NCBI GenBank assembly: GCA_030264375.1
Contig: JASCQW010000061.1
Coordinates: 76,732,760-76,796,759 of the forward strand
DNA from: Carcharhinus longimanus
Taxonomy: Eukaryota
DNA length: 64,000 nt
Direction: 5' to 3'
Positions 13,499-26,094 of this stretch are shown here, in pieces (position 1 is the stretch's first letter; every line of letters starts with the position of its first letter). The translations under genes and the position numbers were made by a program. Below the pieces are notes generated by a model, which saw nothing but the letters and a program-made list of their open reading frames with translations, was not told the origin of the DNA and made no database searches.

Positions 13499-14577
13499 CT
13501 GACAAAAAGAAATGGAACAGAAACTCATTCATTTTTTTGGTAAATTTCATCAGTATTATAATGAAGTAGAAGCTGTAGCAAGAAAAATGCTTCTCTTTTT
13601 TAAATTTCTTCAGCTGTGGGAAAGTTTTGTGAAAAAAAAACAAACGTGCACTTTTAATGAACAGAAGTCAAGGTCTCTGTTGGAAGTATGCATTTGTTAT
13701 TAATTGCTTATGAGAAAGATGGCTCCAGATTCTGAAGCAGATTTGTCCCAAAGGTTAGATTAGAAGTGAGTATTTGAGCTAAACTTCGCAATTAGTTGGA
13801 AACTTTTGAACTATAAATCTATACATATATGTCTATTCCTTTCGTTATCATTTTTGAGTATTATTTGCATTTTCGGAACTCAACTTTAGTATGGACATTC
13901 CTTCTTTGCTTGGGCCAACAATGGCCTACTGCATTTGGCTTCCACTCATTTTGCAACATCTTTGGGTCTCCCAGCCATTTACCTTTCAATACTAAAACTA
14001 TTTCTTCCTGCTGCAGCTTTGCAGCAAGCTCTACTTTTAGAATATTAAGAGGGATATTTCACATTTTTACTAACTCTCTTGCAAATGCTGGCACTAGCTG
14101 GCTGCTTTTACTGACTGTACTAATGCTCAGTTAGTTTCAGGCTTCTCCAATGGGCTGCATATAGCCCATGATCATATTTCCCATCCCACTCAGATTTTTA
14201 GTGTCTCACGCTAACTGTCTCTCCTCTGCATTCAGAACTACACATCTGCATTTCCTGCCCTGGTTACAGATGTATCATGGCAGCACCATGTAAGCTAGCC
14301 AAATTGCAGCTTCTGACACTGCCTGCTCATGTTACAACCCAATCCTCTTCACGTCCTTAAGTACAGTTCTTAGTCAAAAGGGTTACTTAGACAATTAAAC
14401 CATTTGTAATTAAACAAAGTATTGATGTTTCTATTGTATCTTAGATGATCCAGTTTTCACAAACTACTTTATAACAAATACTTGATATATACTATTCATC
14501 ATTGTCTGTAAGCAATTTACTAGCAGTTGATAATTAAATTGCGCATCTTTTTAAACAGTAACTTCAGGTTTCAGGGA

Positions 14578-14638
14578 AGAGGGCGGGGCGTCGCGAGAAA
14601 CAGGCCCGCAGAGGGCGGGGCGTCGCGAGAAACAGGCC
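14578..14638 (+). repeat. Perfect 29-bp direct repeat x2 (period 32), CpG-rich
   Basis: agagggcggggcgtcgcgagaaacaggcc at 14578-14606 and 14610-14638. Confidence 0.9.
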
Positions 14639-14910
14639 TCAAGGTGGTAGTGGTGTGTTGTCTTCTTGAACTACTGCTGTCCATATGTTGTTGGAACACC
14701 CATGGAAATATAAGGAAGAGAGTTCTATGATTTTTACCCAATGAGAGTGAAGGAATCTGCTACAGTTCAGCTATGATCTTATCAAATGGCGGCAAAGGCT
14801 CGAGGGGCTGAATGGCCTACTCCTCTTAATTCCATGTTGCTGCATACACATTGAATTGTCATTACAAAAATAAGTCTATGCTGGTCACACAGATTAGCTA
14901 AATCTGTTAC

Positions 14911-15039
14911 CTTTGCTGATTCATAGGTGATTGTTTTAGTCTCGGTGTGAACGACAGGTACATCCTTTGTGCAGATTTCCTTTCCATCCTCCTGACACAC
15001 ACTGCCAAAGCTGACCGTTTCAGTTTTCACAACAGGTGG
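14911..15039 (-). CDS. EPB41L3: EPB41L3 exon (PPVVKTETVSFGSV...TKDVPVVHTETKTITYESAK)
   Basis: Boundaries cttttag| and AAG|GTAACA. 129 nt. Carries the 4.1 family motif VPVVHTETKTITYES. Confidence 0.96.
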
Positions 15040-16164
15040 CTAAAAGATAAAGGGACAAACAAATCCTCAAGTGTGAGCAAACCTCATAACATTCTTCATT
15101 CTCAGCATTCAGCAACTGATGTTTTCTCAGTACCATACGCAGCATACCAGTTTTAGGGTGCATTTCCCATGGTTTCCCTTCCTCTTTGGAAAGAGTCCAG
15201 GAGTGCCATATGCAAGGATTCCTATTCAAAGCAGACAAGCTTGATGCCCCTAAATTTACAATGGTGCCTTTTCTCTTTGAAATTGGATGGAGTCCATATG
15301 TAAACATGAGTCTCCAATAGTTATTTCCAAGAACATAATGCCACAAACCATCAATGCATTTCTGGATCTATTCTGCTTGCCCAGCCATGTTTAGGAAGTC
15401 AGGAAAGCTGCAGATTTATAGTTGGCTACACTCCTATAACAATAGCTAAATAGAAAAACAGTGTTGTAGCTTTCTACATTGTTCTCTTCTCTACAATCAG
15501 AATTTCAATTGTGAACAAGGACTGAAAAAGATAGCCTGGATTTTGTGGTCGTAATGAGAGAAAAACCTGTCAAAGTTTGGCTTCAGTCCTCTGAAACCGA
15601 ACGTAATTTCTGGAGCCAACACATGTGCAATTAAATGCAGAAATTCAGAAATGTTAGTAGCTCTCCTCCAGAGGATGTGCCGTCTTGCAGAAGTCCACGC
15701 AGACTTCAAACAATTAAAAAGCAATGACCTGATAAGAATTTCCAACTTTTCGTACAGTAATATCATGCAAAAACCTTTGACAATATTATGTCTCAGTGAT
15801 GAAGTGTGAACTAGATTAATAGCGTACTAAGTTATAACAACTGCCAAACAACCTTACTGGCTCTGGAAACTCATAACCCAAATTCACTATTCTGATAAAA
15901 TGAATTTGTTACTTTGGTCCTTTTTTTTTAAGAAAAAGCATTTGATATTTTAGCTTCTAATTAAAAAGTGAAGGATAATCAGTGCATTTTATTTCCTGGT
16001 TTGCTGTTCTCACTATGTTATTTCAGACAATGACCAGTACGCAACCTATTCACTTGGAAAGTGCCCAACAGCAAGTTAAATTGCTGTTGATTTTTGTCCA
16101 CAAGTTAGTTTAGAAATGACAAAGAAAGCTATGCTTCTTTGACGATTATAGAGATTTTTTTAGA

Positions 16165-16425
16165 GTTCATAGAATCCTACAGTGCAGAAAGAGGCCCTTC
16201 GGCCCATCGAGTCTGCACTGAACACAATCCCACCCAGACCCTACCCCCATATNNNNNNNNNNNNNNNNNNNNNNNNNNNNNNNNNNNNNNNNNNNNNNNN
16301 NNNNNNNNNNNNNNNNNNNNNNNNNNNNNNNNNNNNNNNNNNNNNNNNNNNNATGATCTTACTGAATGGCGGGGCAGGCTTGAAGGGCTAGATGGCCTAC
16401 TCCTGCTCCTATTTCTTATGTTCTT
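16165..16425. mobile_element. HE1-like SINE tail (-) and CR1-like tail (+) on either side of a gap
   Basis: catagaatcctacagtgcagaaagaggccc before the Ns, and gaatggcggggcaggcttgaagggctagatggcctactcctgctcc after. Confidence 0.65.
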
Positions 16426-17769
16426 ATTATATTTATTCACTATTTGTGCAGTCATATCCTTATTTTTGCTACTAATATTCTTTTGATGGCAATGTGATCT
16501 TAGAGCTACATTAATAGTAGAAAGTCAGTTGGAACTGTAGACACATACCACTTAATGGAACATAGTCTCATGGCTAAAGAGGAAAGGAAAGCCAGAGGGA
16601 GTACTTTTAGTGTAATTATCAAAATATCACACACCTATCTTCTGTCTTTCAGCAGACATTGTCATTTCTCATGGGGATCTGACATTTAGGACTGATTCAC
16701 ACTCAGCCCAGTTATAATAATGTTGGTTATAGTGCTGTGTGCGTCCCAGAAGAAGACCAATTTGGTAGCTGGAATAGCAATGAATCAGCAGCATACTCAG
16801 ATGTGAGACCTAATGAGCTGGACTGGGAATATACCATCTTACTACATTGTGTGTCTATGAATTATTAATAGTCAAACATACAATCTACTCTGCAAATCAT
16901 CTGGATAATCAGCTTGGCACTTGTTTTAAACGCACTACTTTTATTTTTAGTGCAACTGAGTTCTATAATTCATCCAAACCCATTTACACAAAATGGGAAA
17001 AGAATTATCTGGGCATTAAAGTAAGAGAAAACTAAAAGTCTGTACTGCAAACAAAAGAGAGGCCCCTGCCTTCTTATTTAACTTGACTTTGAAATATTGA
17101 GGCTGGAATATTCAGAAATAAAGTTCAACTTCTGCTGTAAGGACAACACAAACTTCTGGCCTTTTAGAGAAAAATAGTCTGCGTTCAGTTTGTCAAAACT
17201 GAGAAAGTATCTTGGGCAGATTGTATATTCTCGAATCATTTTGTTGCTTTACATCTGTATGATTATAAATTTGATCTGTTTTTGATTACTTCACAGCATA
17301 TACTGAATGTTGATGAAAAAATTGCCAAAAATGAAGTTAGACTTTCAATTACCTTCACAATTAATTTTAAGCACATTGATTCATCAGACTGTTGAGAATT
17401 TTAAATTAAATTGCTTAATGCCCTCTTTAAAACACCAGGATAAGAGTAAGACACTAATCTTCACAACATGGGAATGTGAAACCTAGAGCTGTATTTTATC
17501 TCCCTTGGTAGTGTCCATTCGGAAAGTCAGTAGATTGCCAAATCCTGCCCTAACCTATCAATGACATGGAATAGTACATATAATGGCCAATGAGTACCTG
17601 CCCTGTGGGGATGTGACCTATAACTTTGTGAGATGGTGGGCAGCGAGCTGAGTTGGCTAATGCAGGAAAAATATTCAAGCACTGAGACAGGGAGGTGGGA
17701 CGGGGGGTATTATTATCAATCTGCTTGACTGTTCTTTTAGTTGGAAGGCATTCAGGGCCTTTCTTATGG

Positions 17770-18223
17770 AAACAAGGATGTTGCCTGGATTGGGAGGCAT
17801 GCCTTATGAAGATAGGTTGAGGGAGCTAGGTCTCTTGTCCCTGGAGAGATGAAGGTTGAGAGGCGACCTGATAGAGGTTTGTAAAATGTTGAGAGGAATA
17901 GATCGGGTGGATTCTCGGAGGCTATTTCTCAGGGCTGAAATGGTCGCTACGAGAGGACACAGGTTTAAGGTGCTGGGGAGCAGGTGCAGAGATGTCAGGT
18001 GTAAGTTTTTCACTCAGAGGGTGGTGAGTGAGTGGAATCGGCTGCCGTCGGTGGTGGTAGAGGCAAACTCGCTGTGGTCTTTTAACAGACTTCTTGATGA
18101 GTACATGGGATTTAATGGGATTGGGAGTTATAGATAGTTCTATGGCCTGATAGGTATGGATATGTTCGGTGCAACTTGTGGGCCGAAGGGCCTGTTTGTG
18201 CTGTAGTGTTCTATGTTCTATGA
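17770..18223 (+). mobile_element. CR1/HER1-like LINE, 3' end
   Basis: ORF2 C-terminal translation MLPGLGGMPYEDRLRELGL...RGDLIEVCKMLRGIDRVD...TRGHRFKV with an in-frame stop, and a (ttctatg)n tail. Confidence 0.88.
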
Positions 18224-18420
18224 TTCAGGGAAGGAATTCTGGAGTTTAGAGCATAGGCACCTAAAGGCATGATGAAGCAGTGATTTGATTTGATTGATCA
18301 CAATAAATGAAAATCAGTAAGAGGCCAGAATTGAAGGAGCCCAGAAATATCAAAGGCAGTAAAGTTGGTGAAAGTTACAAAGGGGAAGGAGAGGATGGAG
18401 AGATTTGAAAGAAAAAGCTG

Positions 18421-18842
18421 TGGGGAGGTGACGGTCTAGTGGTACTATCACTGAACTACTAATCCAGAAACCCAACTACTATTTGGGGGACCCAGGTTTG
18501 AATACCATCATGGCAGATGGTGGAATTTGAATTCAATGAAAAATATCAAGAATGAAGAATGGCCTGATGAAGGTTCAATGCTCCGAAAGCTCGTGATTTC
18601 AAATAAACCTGTTGGACTTTAACCAATTTACAGTGTCTACCCTGTCCAACACTGACATCTCCACATGATGTTGAACCCATCTGGTTCACTAATGTCCTTT
18701 TGAGAAGGAAATGTGTCATCCTTCTGTGGTCTGGCCTACATGTGAATCCAAAGCCACAGCAACTACCCTCAGGCAACTAGGGATGGGCAATAAGTGCTGG
18801 CCAACCAGCCACATCCATGTCCCACACATGAATTAAAAAAAA
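18421..18842 (+). mobile_element. tRNA-derived SINE (SacSINE1/DeuSINE-like), interrupted by an insert at ~18560-18668
   Basis: Head ggggaggtgacggtctagtggt...ccaggtttgaataccatc, and tail gggatgggcaataagtgctggcc...gaattaaaaaaaaa. Related copies at 29138, 37135 and 62738. The family name is tentative. Confidence 0.7.
18560..18668 (+). mobile_element. Short Penelope-like-derived repeat carrying a hammerhead-ribozyme-like core
   Basis: CTGATGA (18564-18570)...GAAA (18585-18588)gcTC, then aaataaacctgttggact. A second copy lies at 26095. Confidence 0.65.
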
Positions 18843-19731
18843 ATGTGATGTTAAATTTGGGGTATTAGGTACAGAGCCAATATAGATTAATGAATGTGAT
18901 AGCGGATGAACAAAAATTTGAGTGAGTCAGGATAAGTAACCAAACTACAAGAAGGATTAAAGTTCTAAGTAGCCTTACAGTTCAGCAACAGCTAGCTATC
19001 ATTCAAAGAGAACCTGAGTATGTTTCCCACTGCTAGCACTTGTGAAGTTTAACATTGTTCAATGCGGAAAACAAGTGACAGCAACATCTAACTACCTTTT
19101 GTATCATTATCCCAGATTACCACATTTCAAATAATAGGCTTCGTAAGCTCTCCAGCTCTATCATTAGACTTTTAAGCCATTGTTCAATAAGGACAACTAA
19201 GAGCTAGTTCATGGATAATGATACTGATTGGTCCCATTTTCTGTTGGCTGAAATGAATCCTCTGGTGATGAGTAGTGCTCAGGAGCTGAATAGGAGTTGT
19301 TGCATTGTCAGGCAGGGTTAAGCAGTTGGTCAATTTGACAGCTGCAATTCATCCAGCCCTGTATCACAGGACAGTGGAGCAAAGGCTCCATCAAAAACTG
19401 GCATCAACCTGCACTAATTATATGGAAAAAGCAAAAACAGTGATCATCTCTAAGAAAGGCTTAAAAAAAATCGGTCTTGCATGGTTTTGCAGTTTAAGTG
19501 GATATAACAATATATTCTGCTGTAATGTGCCTTTAAGAGATAGCAGCATGACATCACTAAAAGGGAAATGTGTCATGTGATCCAGTCTTAGTTTCACTTT
19601 TGATTTGAGTGGAGCACAAATGCACACAGCTCTGACGTCTTCCAGCTTTATACTAATGTATAACTGTCCTCATATGCCCAGTCTTAATGAAGGAAAACAC
19701 AACCTGTCTACCCCATCCATTTTAAGGCATA

Positions 19732-20035
19732 GAATAAGACCATAATATATAGGAGCAGAATTAGGCCATTTGGTCCATCAAATCTGCTCCGCCATTCAAA
19801 CATGGCTGATAAGTTTCTCAACTTCATTCTCCTCCCTTTCCCCCATAATCTTTGATCCCCTTACCAATTAAGAGCCTATCTATCTCTGTCTTAAATATAT
19901 TCAATGACCCGGCCCCCACAGTCTTCTGTGGCAATGAGTTCTATAGATTCACCATCCTCTGGCTGAAGAAATTCACCTAATCTTGGTTCTAAAAGGTTGT
20001 CCCCCTATTTTGAGGCTGTGCCCTCAGATCCTAGT
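19732..20035 (-). mobile_element. CR1-like LINE 3' fragment
   Basis: cataatatataggagcagaattaggccatttgg... tail, followed by antisense ORF2 C-terminal sequence. Confidence 0.75.
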
Positions 20036-20374
20036 CTAGAACTCTACAGTGCAGAAAGAGGCTTTTTGGCCCATCGAGTCTGCACCAACCACAATACCAC
20101 CTAGGCCCTACCCCCATATCTCTACATATTATACCTACTAATCCCTCTAACCTATGCATCCCAGGACACTAAGGGGCAATTTCTTAGCATGGCCAATCAA
20201 CCTAACCCTCACATCTTTGGACTGTTGGACGAAACCGGAGTACCTGGAGGAAACCCATGCAGACATGTAGAGAATGTGCAATCTCCACACAGACAGTGAC
20301 CCGAGCCAGGAATCGAACCCAGGACCCTAGAGCTGTGAAGCAGCAGTGCTAACCACTGTGCTACTGTGCCGCCC
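20036..20374 (-). mobile_element. HE1-like V-SINE, near full length
   Basis: The reverse complement gives gggcggcacagtagcacagtggttagcactgctgcttcacagc...gggttcgattcc, the V-domain and a CR1-like tail. Confidence 0.88.
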
Positions 20375-20917
20375 AAAGTGACATTTGGTACTGTTCAAAC
20401 AAAAATTTTAGTTTTTCCTTTTTGTATTGAAAAGGAAAGCTTTTTTTCTCCTTTCAGTTATGTTTTATAGAATGAAGACTTCATTTAAAACAGTGTATTT
20501 ATTATTTATATATATAAAATATGTGAGCCTATTTTACCATTTAATATGTTCACAACTGATTTTTTACATCTCAATTCCTCTTTCACACGATCTCATATCC
20601 CTCAACTCTCAGAGTCTCTCTCAGCAGTGAAGATACTCAACTACGTAGACCCACAGCCTTTGGAATTGAGAACTGCAAAAATTCAGAACCGTTTGAGTAA
20701 ATTATTTGACTCCTTATCCAGAGACTAAGCTCCTCAGCTTCAGACTCCACTGCCAGGAAAACAACCTCAACTTCTGTCTGGTCAACCCTTCTTGTACGAT
20801 TCAATGAGATCACCTTTCAAATCTTCTGAGCTTCACATTACTTAACCTCTCGTCACAGGAATCAATCTCATGATTCTTCACTGTACTGCCTCTAAGATAA
20901 GTACATCCTTCTTTTGA

Positions 20918-21212
20918 TGGTGGCACAGTGATTAGAACTGCTGCTGCACAGTGCCAGGGACCTGGGTTCAATTCCTGGCTTGGGTCACTATCTGTGTGGC
21001 GTTTGAACATTCTCCCTGCGTCTGCCTGGGTTTTCTCCAGGTGCTCCCGTTTCCTCCCACAGCCCAACAATGTGCAGGTTAGGTGCAATGGCCATGCTAA
21101 ATTCTCCCTCAGTGTACCTGAACAGGCACTAGAGTGTGGTGACTAGGGGATTTTCATAGTAGGTTCATTCAGTGTGAATGTAAGCCTACTTGTGATGAAT
21201 AAATAAACTTTA
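20918..21212 (+). mobile_element. V-SINE-like element, tail type B
   Basis: Same head and core as the HE1-like copies, with tail gactaggggattttcatagt...gtaagcctacttgtgatgaataaataaact. Confidence 0.82.
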
Positions 21213-21594
21213 AAACTGTGCATATCCAATCACCCTCTGTAAAGTGATTCAAAAATGAAGGGCAAGTTCTTTTTCACTTCCTGCCATATCACAGAAACTG
21301 GGCCAAAGAGTGAAAAGGAACATGTAAAATAACACTTGACAATTTAATCTTCTTTCAGACAAAATAACTTTAAAGGTTTTTACATTATTGAATTAACAGT
21401 AATGCAGGTGAGATTTCACACCAAATTGTAGCAAGGTTCCTTACTCTTCTAGTTCAACCCACTTGCAATGAAGTCCACCATGCAAGTGACTTCTTAACAG
21501 TTTGCTGTACCTGCATGTGAACTCATGTTCCAGATTTAGAAAAAAACACAAACTACACCAAAATCATTAGATGCTTGCATTTTAGAAAAGTGGA

Positions 21595-21858
21595 GCTGAG
21601 TGGTTAGCACTGCTGCCTTGCAGCACCACGGACTTGGGTTCGATTCCCTGTTTGGGACACAGTGTGGAGTCAACATATTTTCCCTCTGTCTGTGGGGGTT
21701 TCCTTCGGGTGCTCTGGTTTCCTCCCACAGTCTGAAAGACATGTTGGTTAGGTGCATTGGCCTGCTAAATTCTCCCTCAGTGTACCTCAAAAGGCACCAG
21801 AGTGTGGTGACGGTGGAATTTTTACAGTAACTTTATTGCAGTGTTAATAAACCAATAA
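21595..21858 (+). mobile_element. V-SINE-like element, tail type B (diverged)
   Basis: gtggttagcactgctgcc...gggttcgattccc...tttacagtaactttattgcagtgttaat. Confidence 0.78.
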
Positions 21859-23094
21859 TAAGAAAGAAACTAAATTCAGTCTTTTTTTGCATAAACTCCC
21901 AGCAGTCTACTCTCAGACATTTTTCTCTTACAAATCTAGGCACAGATTTTGCAGTTGAAATGATGGAAGCAACTTCTGGTGCCTGCACATGTGCAGTTAA
22001 ACTAGGGAATCCAAAAGTTGCTGTCTGTTGTTCCCTGCTGCTCCAGAGGATGCAAATGTAGATGCCCCCACAGATAGTAATCATCTGGAAATCAGATGTG
22101 GTCGGAAATTCCACTTTTTATGTTAGTTTTGCTGTAAACGTTAAAAATGCTATTGTCTTGATAAATGAGGCTTAGTTGAGTTTTCAAATGGAGTGCTAAG
22201 TCATAATGATTGAACAATCTCTCTGGCCCTGAAAGCCTAATTAAGAAATATAAAATTTCTCCACTATGATAAAATTCCCATAGAATTTTAAAATAAAACT
22301 ATTTTTAAAGTCTGTTTGCCATTTCAACTTCTATCTTAATCTCATGTGCACGACCTAATCTTTATCTTGCATGCTGTAAAGTCATTAGCAAGTGAATGAT
22401 AACCAATGTTGTATACTTCTTACTTTGCTCTCTGAGAATTTAATGATGCGAATGGCTGCGTAATCAGCTTGATACCATAATTATTACAGGAAACAAAAAG
22501 ATCCCCTGTAGTTGGCGCCAGTATGAAATTAATATTCATAAGGATGAAATCCACACTGCTGGGGACAGCTTTGAGGTCAGCGAGTACTGGCATTTCACCA
22601 CTGACCACAAAATCCAGACTATTCTTTTGAGCACAATCTATTGGTTGAATGCACATTGAAAACTTTACTTCAAAAATTGGCCAAAGAAGAGGAAAACAAT
22701 GTGGAAAAATCATCTGATTGAGTTTAACCCTCTTTTCAGACGAATCAAAGTAATTCTAATCTCTAAAATAATTTTATATTAAAAAAGTTATAATTTTTTT
22801 TAAGCCATACTAAACTAAGATTTGAAGATATTTGGTGTTGGTCGAGTCCCTTAATTCAGGAAAGAACTTAAAATTTGAGTTAGATTAACCAAGTGGTGCA
22901 TTGGTCCCAGACGTTTACAATAAAGTAATTTGATTTTGCAAACAGTGATTATAAAATATCAAAAATAGAAAGCAGCACATCACCCACAAGTTAAGCTAAA
23001 AGCACCGCAAGCTTGCAAGAGGCACTTGATTAAAGAAATTGCAGCAGAACAAATAGTAGCATTTCAAAATCAATGGTGAGATGACTGTAGGCAC

Positions 23095-23244
23095 AAGGGG
23101 CTCATTTTAACACAGCCCATTCAGAGCGAAAGGCTCAGATATCCATTTTACACTCTGCCTGAATTTACTTTCCAAAGTAGTCGAAAAGCAAAATTCAGCT
23201 CTGGGCAGTTCGCAGTTGACCAGTTGTGGTTAAAATGACCCCTT
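23095..23244. mobile_element. MITE-like element with ~16-bp terminal inverted repeats
   Basis: aaggggctcattttaac (23095-23111) versus gttaaaatgacccctt (23229-23244), one indel. Confidence 0.55.
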
Positions 23245-23471
23245 TGGTTTGTAAATAACAAGGACAATAAACATCAGCCTTGCATTAAGTGTGCTTCAAA
23301 ATAACTTGACTCAATAGAAATTAATGATAGTCAATCTTTTTGCAGTTCATGCAAGTCAGCTGCTCTGCTGTCTTTTTTCCCATAGGTTTTTGCAAATGTA
23401 CAAAGAAACAAATAGATTAAATGAGAATGATTAATGGTGACAGTTGGTAAGAGGTGAGGGAAACCAGTTAC

Positions 23472-23888
23472 CTCAAACTGAGGTTTGTCTTCAGATTTAT
23501 CTGAAGGCTTGCCTATCATTTCACGCTGTTTCTCCCACCCTTGAACAGAAGCAGATACTTCTGCAACTTCAGTTACTGCATTATCCACTTTGGGACTCGC
23601 CATCTCCCTCTTGTCCTCTTTGGTTTCCACGGTCGTCAGGCAACTCAGACCCACTGCATCACCAGATGAGTGAGCTTTGCTCGCCTCTGCTATAGTATCC
23701 CACTCAACTCCTGCCAGCTTAGCACATAGAGCGGAAGCATCCTCGCTTGCATGCACATTCATCACATGCTCCTCTTCCATCACCATTGTTTCCTGTATAA
23801 CCTTCGTCGTCTTCTCCTGTTCATGGGTTTCATGTTGCACTACTTTGGAGCTTACTTCCAAGTTCATTTCAGATTTCATTTCAGATTT
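23472..23888 (-). CDS. EPB41L3: EPB41L3 large U3 exon (KSEMKSEM...KVIQETMVMEEEHVMNVHASEDAS...KPQFE)
   Basis: Acceptor T10-gtccctag|, donor GAG|GTAACT. 417 nt. Matches human KVVQETVLVEE..VHASGDAS and KPHFE. Confidence 0.92.
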
Positions 23889-26094
23889 CTAGGGACAAAA
23901 AAAAACCTCTGCTATGACAATACGTCGTAAAATGTAATTATTTCACTATAGCAACCAGTAAAGGATTTACAATTGAGGCACAAAAGTCTCAATTTTCTTA
24001 AATCCCTATTTGACCCAACTATACATTCATTAAAATTGAACTTAAAAAAATACTTTATCCAGGACACCCAAATAATCAGCAGACCCAAGTATTGTAAAGC
24101 CTTAAAATCTCACAGCTTAGTGAGTATAATGCATATTCTGTGTAGGAAGCATACATTGATTTTGTAAAAAAGGTTTTCATCACAGTGCTCCATCTAAAGC
24201 ATGCTTTCCGTGCAGAATGCATACAAAAGAAATTTTAATGTAAAAATAAAAATGCACAGATAATTTGAGCTTTCTCCTATTATTTTCCTTCTTTTGTCAG
24301 CATATTGAAACTGCTCCATTGTAGAATTTTTCACTCAGTTTGTAGGCACGTATTATAAAATCTCTCGCCAGCAACAATCATGAAATTGGCATAGTTTTCA
24401 AAGCAGACATTGATTTAAAGAATGCAACATTTCTGCAGTCACAGAACAGATTCTGAATCTGTGGTAAGGAATGGAAATCAGCATCAGCATCACAATTCTT
24501 GAAAATGATCTCTGAAAAAAATTTTCAGAGCCACAATGCACATACTGGTAAGTTTTTTTTGGAATGAGATAAAGTAGAGAAAGCACAATGCTCTGTAACT
24601 TTAAATCAAAAATAAAAAACTAAATGGCAGAAGCTACATACAGTCAAATACTCTGATATGCAACCCACCAACTCGAATAGTTTTGTCATCTGCACTTTGG
24701 CTGTTGTTAAGTCTTTACTGCAAATCCTGCTGCCTTACTGATCAAGCATGTCAAGTTCATAACAGAAATATTCAGAACCAGTTCTATTATGTACTTGAAA
24801 TTTTACTTATCTTTGTGGTTATAGATTTTGACAAATTCCAAAGTTTAAGTAATGTGGAGAATATAGGAAGATACTGTGGCAAAGTGGAGTTTCCTTTTTG
24901 GAACCTGCTCTTCCATGAAACAAACCCAAATCGAAGCATACATTACCATCCTTAATACCACTAAAATTCAACAATTAGGCTGCTTTCTAAAAAACAAATC
25001 AGACTGGATTTCAATAAATTCAAAAATGGTCAAAAGAAAATGAACAGAAATGCGAAGTTGATGACCATGCCATCATGCATTTCAGAAACAGAAGGAATGA
25101 CCTATCAAAATTATACACACATGCACTGAAATGATAGGCCCAAGAGTTATTGTAGAATCATAGCCTGTCAAGTTTATGCCAGTTCAGTGCAAGAGCAACT
25201 CTGCTGGTCTCACTTCCTTGTCCTTTCCTTATAGTCCTGCACATGCATTCCAGTTTCCTTTTGAAAGGGACAATTGAATGTGCCTCCACCATCCTCTCGA
25301 GCAGATCATAACCACTTTCTGCATAAAAAGGTTCTTCCTCATGTTATTTCTTTTGCCAATCTCCTTTAATCAGTGTCCTCTGCTTTCCTCAGAGCTGCTT
25401 GTGTCATTATCTTTGTTTGAAGTGCAGCAAGGATCTCATTGCCTCATGCAAACAACATTTCTCTGACACTTCTGGCAAATTTCTGGTGACAAGCAGGAGC
25501 AACTCCAAGGAAACTCTCAGCATAAAATCATAAGGAATTTAAAACATGTACTTGTCTGCATTTCCCATCTCTGCACCACAGTGACGCATTATTAACCTGT
25601 GTACAAAGTGCTATTGTGGACAATACATTGTGAGGAAACATCCTTACTGTGCACCTTCTCTGTTAAAAAAAAATCTTCTAGCAAAACAGAGAATAAAATG
25701 TCTAAAAAAATCGAAGATTACCAACATAAAACAATTGCCAGTACAACGGTCTAAATGGTATATTTATTGCAAAAACATGCCATTTAACATTCAAGAAGCC
25801 ATCTTAAAGCAGAAAATGCAATCCGACAAGATCAAGTGGCTGCAATTGTACGTTGTCACAATCCCACAATGTACTACTTACAGCTTCCGACACAGACACA
25901 AATGCAATTGGTAAAGCAATGTGCCTCAGATAATTTCACATTGGATGACTAAGGTGGTAGCTGGAACCATCATTCAAATGAAAGGTGCATTACTTTTAAA
26001 TCTTACAATGGAAATACTTTATAAACACAGAAGATTGTTTCTTAAACTTACTGGAGTGAAGATAAATTGATTGTGACAAATTAAACATGAAACA

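Noticed and set aside
20290-20374. tRNA gene-like A/B boxes, here and in other copies
   Set aside because: These are SINE heads joined to a V-domain and tail, not cloverleaf tRNA genes.
22420-22713. 97-aa minus-strand ORF in the intron
   Set aside because: No phase-0 open exon with adequate splice sites, and no 4.1-like sequence.
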